This document shows, in pieces, positions 50,621-64,000 of a stretch of DNA of 64,000 nt. Position numbers and translations under genes: made by a program. Below the pieces are notes generated by a model that did no database searches, was not told where the DNA came from, and worked only from the letters and a program-made list of their open reading frames with translations. Location of the stretch: NCBI GenBank assembly GCA_030141605.1, contig JAQGDQ010000766.1:36085-100084 (forward strand), given 5' to 3'. Positions within the stretch are counted from its first letter, which is position 1; every line of letters begins with the position of its first letter. This DNA is from Tubiluchus corallicola (Eukaryota > Animalia > Priapulida).

Positions 50621-51694
50621 GTTGTTACATGTTAGGGCTAGGATAAAAGAGGTGCGCAATGAAAAGGGAAGACAAAATGAAGGTAAAATTAGGGTTGAAT
50701 TAAGTAATATAAGTACAAGTGAAGAAAAAAGCTAAAAATTACAAAAAAAAACGATGAGGTGATAATGACGAAAATGGAATGAGATTTCTGTAGTATGACA
50801 GTCATTTATGTATACAGGGACGGACAGTGAGTGCCAACCAACGTGATGAACACAATATGGCAAGAAATGTCAAAGACCATATCCACCTAATATGTATTTA
50901 AGAGAAACATCTCTTTCTTAAATCTGGGTAGGCTTCATACTCTTCTGATATTACAAGAAATAGAATTCTAAACATTACGACCTACAAAAGAAATAAAATG
51001 TTTAGAAAATTTGGTTCTGCAATAATTGACATAATATTCATTATACCTAGTATTACGGTGTTTGATATTTTTGATTATAGGACTTATGAAAAATTAAAGG
51101 AAACAAATTAAAGTGGGTTGTGCGTATAAATGCTGCTGCATTGCATTGCTTGATAGTGATGTGATTGATGTGTTAGATTAGATTCACCAAGCACTTGTGT
51201 TGAATTTGTTGTTTTGCATATAAAACTGCTCTCACAAAGCAACAATTTCCTTTTATATGACAATTTTTGCAAATTTATGCTCCTCACACAATGTGATTTC
51301 ATTGAAAATTATAATATTATATGAAATGCACTTGACACACTCTGATACACTACGGCCTCAAGTCAACACTGTTTTTAAGGAGAACTTTCTATTGAAAGGT
51401 GAGACCACGTTAATTTGTCTTTAGCTGAGCGGTTGGTTTTTTGCGGAACACTAAGCGGTAGACTGTTCTCTTCACCTGCAGCAGCAAGAAGGCCATCAAT
51501 AAATTAGTGCGCACGATCGCGCAAGTGTACACCAGACTAAGCTAGTCGATAAATAGAAGATTCACCAAGCACTTGCTGAGAGTTCTTGAATGTCTTTTCA
51601 AGATGTGTGTCTAACTAAACACAGCATCATGCTGATTAAACTAGAATAATTTTTCTCTATTGAGTTCTCAAATATCTTTTGAAAACGCCTCGCT

Positions 51695-53083
51695 CTAACT
51701 ACATTTGAATGGCTTTCCTCCAGTGTGAATTTTTAAATGTGCTTTCAGACTACTTGACTGAGTAAATGCAGCATCACAGTGATTACACTTAAATGGTTTC
51801 TCTCCGGTGTGAATTCTTAAATGTACTTTCAGAGTACTTGTCTGAGAAAATGCAGCTTTACACTGACCACACTTGTAAGGTTTTTCTCCAGTGTGGGTTG
51901 TCAAATGTACATTCAGACTATATGCCTGAGTAAATGCAGCATCACAGTAGCAACACTTAAATGGTTTTTCTCCCGTGTGAGTTCTTAAGTGTACTTTTAG
52001 GCTACCTGCACGACTAAATGCAGCATGACACAAGTTACACTTAAATGGTTTTTCTCCACTGTGAATTTTTGAATGTACTCTCAGGCTACCTTTTTGAGTA
52101 AATGCAGCATCACAGTGACCACATTTGAATGGTTTCTCTCCAGTGTGAATTCTTATATGCTTCTTCAGATCATGTGCACGAGCAAAGGAAGCATCACACT
52201 GACCACACCTGTGAGGTTTCTCTCCAGTGTGAATTCTTGAATGTTTTGTCAAATAGGATGCTTGAGCAAATGCAGCATCACACTGACTGCACTTAAAGGG
52301 TTTCTTTCCCGTGTGATTTATTGTATGTACTCTTAGAGTAGCTGCCTGAGTAAATTGGGCATCACACTGATTGCACTTAAAAGGTTTCTTTCCAGTATGA
52401 AATATTGAATGTAGTTTTAAAGTACCTGCCTGATTGAATGCAGCATCACACTGACTACACCTAAAAGGTTTCTCTCCAAAGTGAGCTTGCAAATGTAATT
52501 TCAAAGCGCTAGACTCAGTAAATGTGATTGTATGTGATTCTTGGTTAGAAGGAGCTACAATTTGATTGTGTTTAACAGTAGAATCAGAGTGATTAAATGA
52601 AAGCTGCTCTCTACATTCTTTGTTCACATTTTTTGGAAGTTGTGCAAAATCTTGTATATTTTCTTCTACATCATCGACTGAAGTACTAGGTTCAATTTTT
52701 ATTGAATAATCAGCAGTTTTCACATTTTTGTCTGATGTCTCTCCACTCAAATGATTGCCTACCGTATTTACTTCAACACTGTATTCATTATTCATAAGTA
52801 AAGGGTTAAGTCCCTCACTCACGTGTGAAGTTACATCAATGTCTGGCTTTTCTGTATCGTCTATGAAGGCATCCGGTTCAGTTTTTGCAGGGATTTCACA
52901 TTCTTGAATATTATACTCATCTACTTTGCGCTTGCTGTTATTTATTTTAACTGATTCATCATCACATTCAGTTTTTACTGGTACATTGTCAGTTTCCATG
53001 TTCACATCTACGGATTCATCTAGAACATCATTCTCAAGTTTCACAAATACAGGAACTGCTTGCACATGTATGGAATGATCCAT
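51695..53083 (-). CDS. Tandem C2H2 zinc-finger protein (gene E), 462 aa, 9 intact fingers; divergent paralog
   Basis: C2H2/TGEKP array; acceptor tttacag| at 53118; aaagATGG at 53083; stops inside a 10th finger (FKCS*). Confidence 0.92.
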   Translation of the reverse strand: MDHSIHVQAVPVFVKLENDVLDESVDVNMETDNVPVKTECDDESVKINNSKRKVDEYNIQECEIPAKTEPDAFIDDTEKPDIDVTSHVSEGLNPLLMNNEYSVEVNTVGNHLSGETSDKNVKTADYSIKIEPSTSVDDVEENIQDFAQLPKNVNKECREQLSFNHSDSTVKHNQIVAPSNQESHTITFTESSALKLHLQAHFGEKPFRCSQCDAAFNQAGTLKLHSIFHTGKKPFKCNQCDAQFTQAATLRVHTINHTGKKPFKCSQCDAAFAQASYLTKHSRIHTGEKPHRCGQCDASFARAHDLKKHIRIHTGEKPFKCGHCDAAFTQKGSLRVHSKIHSGEKPFKCNLCHAAFSRAGSLKVHLRTHTGEKPFKCCYCDAAFTQAYSLNVHLTTHTGEKPYKCGQCKAAFSQTSTLKVHLRIHTGEKPFKCNHCDAAFTQSSSLKAHLKIHTGGKPFKCS

Positions 53084-55131
53084 CTTTGCAACCAAATCCA
53101 AAATTGAAGATGTATTTCTGTAAAAAGGAAGTAAAATGGTGAAAATTCCAAATGGTAAAATGACAGTTACACAATATATGAAGTGCTGCGTTAATTGGTT
53201 TAGTAAATGGATGGTTGACCAGATAGAAACTAATTATGAGGTTGATTAAACATTCAAATTCGAGTAGTATGATTTTTTTCAATTTGAATTCAATTTAAAT
53301 TTAAAATTATGGATTAAAATAATTCTGCACTTTTGCAACAGTTTTTTTAACATTAAACCATGAAACGGGCAATCAGCAAATTATACTTGTGATTTGTGTT
53401 GCAGTAAACAGTTTTTAAACATATTATTAGTGCTTTTCAGCAGAACAAAATCAAGCAATAGCCACGATCTTTGCAAAATGCTTTTTTTAATGATTTATGC
53501 ATCTAAGAGCTCACTATGGGGTAAGGTTTGAATGAATGGCGTCGCGTAAATTTCATGCATACCAGCGGGTTCCTGTTTGGTTTTCCTTTTTTACCTGGGT
53601 ATTTGGCAGGTACATTTAGCAGAACTTTATATCTTTTTACAATCATCTTTAGTAACAATAAGCAACCAAAAATTGAGCTACGAGTAATAAGTAATAGCTT
53701 CAACTTAATGCATATGCCTACGGACAACAATTTTTTATGTGTTCAGTAATCCAAATGTTAGACTTGAAAAGAACAGCGAAAAAATAACGAAATAGTTTGG
53801 GGTAGGTAAGATATTACACATGGTTTTGCCTTGCTGACATCGCAAGTAATTTTTTTGTGTGCCTTGTTGAAGCAAATAGGCAAATTTATTAAATTTGCTA
53901 AACGTTTACACGAATCTTATTAAACGAAACAATTCCGTTACATGATATGTGTACATAATTATGTGCATATGTGTACACGTGGAATGGCATACCACTTCAG
54001 GCAATAAGTTCTCTGCTTGTCACAATTATTTTATAATGACTCACGGCTGTTAATAACTTTTACCTGTATGATTTCACAGAGTCTAGACACCTTAGTTAAT
54101 TGCTGTCTATGTCTATGCTGCTGTTAGACGATTACTTAACGGCTAACCTATTTTAATAGGAACTGGGAATGACTGTTTTTCGGCTAGTACTTTTGCTGCA
54201 AGTACTAATTTAGTAGAGCTTTTTCCCTCGCTGTATGCAGGTTGACTTGGTGCAGTGTTTCAAACACAAAACTAACCAACTTCATCATCATCATATGCCC
54301 ATTACGTCTATTGTAGACATTGGGCGAACTGAACTCTAAAAAAATCTGAACTTAAGACAGGAAACACAGCAGTTAATCCAGCAAAAATCTGCACTCCGCT
54401 ATGCCAGTGGCCTGTCAACACTACTTCAGATTAACTAACCAACTTTACAGCAGGAACTTTACGGGCAAGACGGGCAACTTTTAGTACAGAAAACAACACA
54501 TAATTCCGCATTGCTTCGCAGCACGACTCTTTCGTGTCTTATATGTAACAATTAACATTCCAGTAAAGCATGCCTGAAAATTACGTATATACGTCCCGAA
54601 CTATTAAAATCATTATTATTATTATTATTATTATCGGCATTATTATCATAAATTCCAGTGTAATAAGTATCCTAATTGTTGGGCGCCGAGTAACCCACTA
54701 GCCGAAGTAGACAATTGGCATTTACATGCTAGCCCAAGTAAGACACGTCGTGTGGAAAATGCTCTTTTTTGGAAGTTTGTGGGAGAGACATCGGCTAGGT
54801 TTTTAGTTTGTTGATTAGAGTTAAACAAATGCGTGGGAATATGTATAGTCTCATTTGTTTTTGTAGAAAAAGGTGCATAACGTTTACGTCTACGAGTTGT
54901 TAATTAAAATGTTTTGTTGCTATTGAAATATATAATTTATATTAATTCATAACTCATAACCGCACAACTATTTGATTAAAAGAGTGGCCACCCAAAACAT
55001 AATTTATTGCAACTTACATGATTTGGCGCATTTGCATTATTACTTTCTATCACAACAGGACAACCAATCATAGATAATTATTCACTTTAACACATAGTTA
55101 ATACAATAAGCACAGAGTACTAATGCTAGAT

Positions 55132-55613
55132 CAGGGGTGTGCAAATTATCTGACTAGCCGGGCCACATTAAACTTTCCCGCAATTCCTGCGAGCCACAGG
55201 CAGTTTGATCAAGGAGCCAAGTACAGAAAGGCCTAATAACGATTTTTTTGCATCCGACCTGCGTACATCATTACTACTACACTCAAGAAACTATTATAGA
55301 AGTTAATAAAATTTATATTACAAACCATATATTTCTACTTTCTGGACAGATAGTGGTAATTTCATTACAATGCATATTAGTAATGTGTATCACACAGTCT
55401 GTGTAGTACAGTGTTATTACGCTGCAACCGTCTTGTAAGGGTTAATGGCTTCCGATCTAGTAGAAAAAACTACCCGCACTATCTTTGGGATCGTGGCACG
55501 GACTTCAGCTAGATACACTCAACTAATCGCCCGGGCCGCACTTTCATTAGGTTGACAAATCTCTTTGCGGGCCGCACAAATTCTCTCGGCGGGCCGCAAT
55601 TTGCACACCCCTG
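55132..55613. mobile_element. hAT (Charlie-like) MITE, nested
   Basis: TIR CAGGGGTGTGCAAATT; 8-bp TSD TGCTAGAT; gggccgca subterminal motifs. Confidence 0.93.
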
Positions 55614-56327
55614 TGCTAGATATATAATGCACAAATCAGCACATAACTATAAAAAACTGTTGAAAACAGAAAAAAATAACTTAACGAATTAGGCAGATCA
55701 CATGACGTTTGCTTGTAAGAACAGCAAGCGTCAAATGGCCACCTGTACAAAGGTGACGATGGAATTTATAACTTTAGAATGAAGCCCGTATAAATAATTC
55801 AAGGTTAACCTAATGTACGAACCAGAATCCGTGACACGTCGCACATGGGCTAGCCCAAGCAAGACACGCCGTACATGGGCTACCTGAGTAGGACAGTAGT
55901 GACAGGTCGCGAATTGAGTCGTTAAGCGTTCTGGCACGTCCGTTTAGGTAACAATAATAATTAAACACGTCAATACATGTTGAATAATTTATTATACATC
56001 TGATAAAATATAAGAATTTTATTCTGAGCTAGAAGAATTAATATTTGCCAATATTAATCTTCTTTGAAGCGAAATAAGCGCACTTTTCGTGTGATTCCAA
56101 CATTTGCTTAAGGTAAATCATTTTTTTATTTTGTCCTGCTTCACAGACAGGTGATCCTTTTCACTCCATCTTGGACAAATAATTGTTTTCTACTAAGTAA
56201 ACGAGTTATGTGCCCTACGTAGTTTCTCGACTTAAATCATTAGATACTTAGTTTAATGTTATGATGATATTAATGGAGCTAATAATAATGATGATATTGT
56301 TGGAAAAAAATAAATTGTCAAAGACTC

Positions 56328-56329
56328 CA

Positions 56330-56360
<31 letters not shown>

Positions 56361-56369
56361 TATTATTAA

Positions 56370-56442
<73 letters not shown>

Positions 56443-56450
56443 GTTGTTAT
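56328..56450. repeat. (TAT)n microsatellite
   Basis: Seen directly. Confidence 0.98.
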
Positions 56451-56749
56451 AATAAAGTTACTTTTATTCTAAAACAAATTTAGTTTTATGTTTTATTATG
56501 TCATAGATCTAGATTGTTAACAGAAATCGCTAGTGTCCTACTTGGGTTGCCCATGTGCGACACTGCTTTTCTGTAAATTTAGCACATGCGTTTTACCGAA
56601 AGTGTCCTACTTCGGCTAATGGGTTACATGGCGCCTACAATAACATTGATTATTGTCACTATCGTTGTTTCATAGTGAAATTAGTTACAAAACACACATG
56701 ATAGGATAGCAATTTTGTTTATTCTGGCAAAAATTATCATTGCTACCTT

Positions 56750-57180
56750 GCACTGAATATCTCATCTGTTGTTAGTCTGTTTCGGTGAATATCTTCGCAT
56801 CATCTCCAAATACTCTAATAATTTCTTCCACTACTTCAGGCATAATTCATTTATATAGCAAATAAGTAATATGGGACGCAACACGCTGCCTTGCAGAAGG
56901 CCTGATGATACTGGTGCTCAGCCTGACAATGCACTATTGACTTTGACTGTTTGACTGCAATTGCAAAGAAAATCTTCTATCCATTGCTCAAATTTCCCCT
57001 CATGCAAAAATGATGTAACTTTATGAGTTTTTTTGTGAGGGACTGAATCAAAGTTAATGTCTTTGCAAAATCTAAGTTAATTGTGTCAAGAGAAGTTCCG
57101 CAATCAATTATTTTTGTCCATAAATGGACGTCATCTAATAGTTGTGTAATTCCAGATCTGTCTTTTATAAATCCGTCATG
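56750..57180 (-). mobile_element. CR1-like LINE reverse transcriptase remnant
   Basis: The reverse complement gives SGLLQGSVLRPILLICYINE and VFGDDAKIF (degenerate PQGSVLGP and FADD). Confidence 0.7.
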
Positions 57181-58289
57181 TCATCCATACTAATGTCATC
57201 AAGCTTGATGGTTACACACCTGAAATTGTGGCTTAGACAATGAAGTAACAATGTTGTCATACGTCAATTGCATTAATTTTGTTATTTTTCAATTATAACT
57301 CACCTCCAGTTACAGTTTTAATTTTTATCAATTTTTAGAAGTAGGGGAAGTTGTACACCTCGAGGTTTTGAGATATTCTTTATTGGCCAAATTAGAAACG
57401 TTTATGTAACAATAAGTGCAAATGCTTACTGCCCAGTAGGGTTGACAGCTGATCTGACAATGGGGAATAAAACAACTTTGGTTATTAAAAATACTTCTAA
57501 CTTTAAACAACAATTTTTGTAATATATAAAATGAAGGGTCAAAAATGAAACAAAATGTACTTCTGTCAGGCTGCGCTTATCAAGTGACAATGACAAACGC
57601 AAATTGCCAAAAACCTAACATGGGTGAGGCAGGAAAACAAATGTTCTCAGTAACTAGCAACATTGTAGTACATCAAATTAAATGCCGTAGTAGGTTGTTT
57701 GTCTCGGTGAGACAAATTGAGTAGTTTAAGCCATGGTACATTGATTGATTCCAAACCTTCAGTTGACAGGTTGAAACTCCCAAATTTTAGTATCTTATAG
57801 CTCATCAAAAGAATCACCATGGAGTTAGCATATCGGCTGTGATTGCAACTGGCTTTGGTTGTTGGATAATGACTGAAATCAATTTTATAGCATTTTTGTT
57901 TTTGTTTTACTCTGCATACAATTTCTTTCTCAGGCTGTCAGCAGTGGCAGATTGGCCCATCAGGATACCGGGAAAAGTGATGGACCACCGCTTTTGTGAT
58001 GAATAATTAACTGTCGTTATATATTGTGTATACCTGACGAAAAGAGGTTATGTCCTCTCCTGGTACTTCAAATACCGGTAATGGTAATTGTTCCACAGAT
58101 GGTTCAAATACTAAACTTCAGCTTGCTTCCACATAAGGCTCAACATTTATCGAGGTATTAGAATCAATAAGCTCATATCGTTATTAAACGTCGACACTTG
58201 TACTTGTATTAGCATCGTAAGGCACACCATTCGTATCATGGGCTGTTTTTTGTTCTTTAGATCTTCACTCCAAGTAAAATCTTGTGCTG

Positions 58290-59000
58290 GAACATACTTC
58301 TATAATTGACCCGAGTGTAAAATTTTTGGCTGTTGCTTTCTGTCAGGGAGCTTAATTCTATAGGTTACATCAGATAATTTATCTATTATTAGATAGGCAC
58401 CATACAAATCGGACTGCAGTTTGGGGCTTTTGCCGACTTTCCTTTGAGGATTGAAGAGCCAGACTTTATCACCAGGAGAATAGAGAACAAGACGAGAGTG
58501 AACGTCATACCTCTGACGCATTACTTCACCAGAGAAACGCAAATTATTGCGTACGAATTAATGTACACCATGCATACGCTGTTCTAATTTCTCGATGAAA
58601 TCCACATAGTTATTACACGTAATGTTAGTAGGGGGTTTTCCAGTTAGTAAATCATGCGGGATTCGTAACTTACGTTATTACGTCAACTTGGGCAGGAGCG
58701 AAACTGGGGTCTTATGTACAGCACTATGATACAACATTAAAAGCAAGTGTAATTCACTGTACAAGTCTGTTTGGTTGTCAGAAGTGAATTGTGCAATTTG
58801 TAGCGTCAATGTCTTAATGTATCGTTCTGCAAGTCCGTCACTCTTTGGATTCAAAGCAGTAGTACGCGGTTTTTCAATGCCCATGAGTTCGCAGCATTGT
58901 CGAAAAATTTGCTTTCGAAATTGCTGCCCTGCTCAGAATGAATTTCTAAAGGCATTTCATACCAACAGAAAAAATCTTTTATAAATACAGAAGCTACAGG
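58290..59000 (-). mobile_element. Gypsy/Ty3 integrase remnant
   Basis: GIEKPRTTALNPKSDGLAER core plus the GPY/F module GDKVWL...KLQSDLYGAYLIIDKLSDVTYRI; frameshifted. Confidence 0.9.
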
Positions 59001-59466
59001 TTCAGCGTTCCATACCCTGATTTTAGATCGAAAAAAAGATAGATTTTAGATCGAAGTAGCGAAAACCATTCAACCATAGACAACGCGTCAATATATTCGT
59101 CAGTTCTATGGGATAGTTGTCACATATTGTCACTGCGTTTAACGCCGCATTTTTGCGTTCTAACTACGACTTGCGCACGCATTTCATCCGTAGCTTTATC
59201 AAGCTCCAGACGGTTGTTTAGGTTCCAAGCGCTGCACATGTGCTTTATATAAGAACCACAGACAGTAAACCGTGTAGGTTGAATTATTTGAAATACATAA
59301 CAATTTAAATTTTGTTCAAATTATATTCTGTAAAATTTTATTCAATATGAGATAGATTTGTTTTTAGAAAGTGACAATCACAGAAGAGATAGTCAGAGAA
59401 TTTTTGTTTGGAAACTATGAGATGATGCCTAAGCATTCTTTCTTTTCATTGAAATACATTGCCTTT

Positions 59467-63588
<4,122 letters not shown>

Positions 63589-64000
63589 CTTCAATAATGC
63601 AAAGTAGTTACTAAACACTGACACCTTACGGGTTGCATTTCTGCACCAACAAAAGACGTTAAATTAACTCTTTCCCGACGGGTACAAGCATTTACCCATT
63701 ATCTGTGATGGGCAAAAACAGTGCCTTATTTATTAACTATCATTCCAAATTCTCCAAATTAAAGGAAATTTGAAAAAGAAATGCCTAACTTAGAAGTAAA
63801 TTATATAAAAGCAACTTAGCTCTGTCCAGTCGAGTACATGCATTTACCAATTATCTGTGATGGGCAAAAACAGTGCCTTATTTATTAAATAACTTTCAAC
63901 TCTCTAAAAGTCATTAGAACTTCTCAATGGAATTTTTGAAACCACAAAAAAGTGGTTTATTGCAGTAATAACTACATTATTGTCATTACTTTGACCCTAA

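Larger units (their letters stand above)
54682..56635. mobile_element. Unclassified TIR element with ~35-bp imperfect TIRs and gcccaagtaggacac subterminal repeats
   Basis: ggcgccgagtaacccactagccgaagtag matches the reverse complement of ctacttcggctaatgggttacatggcgcc. Confidence 0.6.

Noticed and set aside
63625-63660. FVGAEMQP|GTAAGG as the protease activation-site exon
   Set aside because: It would need an intron of only about 40 bp and does not match IVGG convincingly.

Overview
AT-rich animal (invertebrate-like) genomic DNA with spliceosomal introns, microsatellites and many transposon relics. The main feature is a cluster of five paralogous tandem C2H2 zinc-finger genes (A, B, C, D, E; 7-11 intact fingers of an unusual 'CxxCDAAF' type). 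They have no recognisable KRAB, SCAN, BTB, ZAD or SET domain. Instead they share an acidic N-terminal region carrying repeated psi-K-x-E SUMO consensus motifs. Genes A and D are near-identical in their flanks and N-termini, but differ in finger number, finger order and base-contacting residues. They lie in a rearranged, circularly permuted inverted duplication (about 0.9-11.4 kb versus 22.6-30.7 kb) that ends at a hAT-like terminus. The window also holds a complete 3-exon class A GPCR gene (312 aa) and five exons of an atypical trypsin-fold protease with an intact triad, two lost disulfides and a hydrophobic C-tail. Repeats include hAT, pogo and piggyBac MITEs with target-site duplications (TSDs), two solo LTRs, LINE and Gypsy remnants, and many minisatellites. 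All alignments were done by eye, and the species cannot be identified from the sequence.
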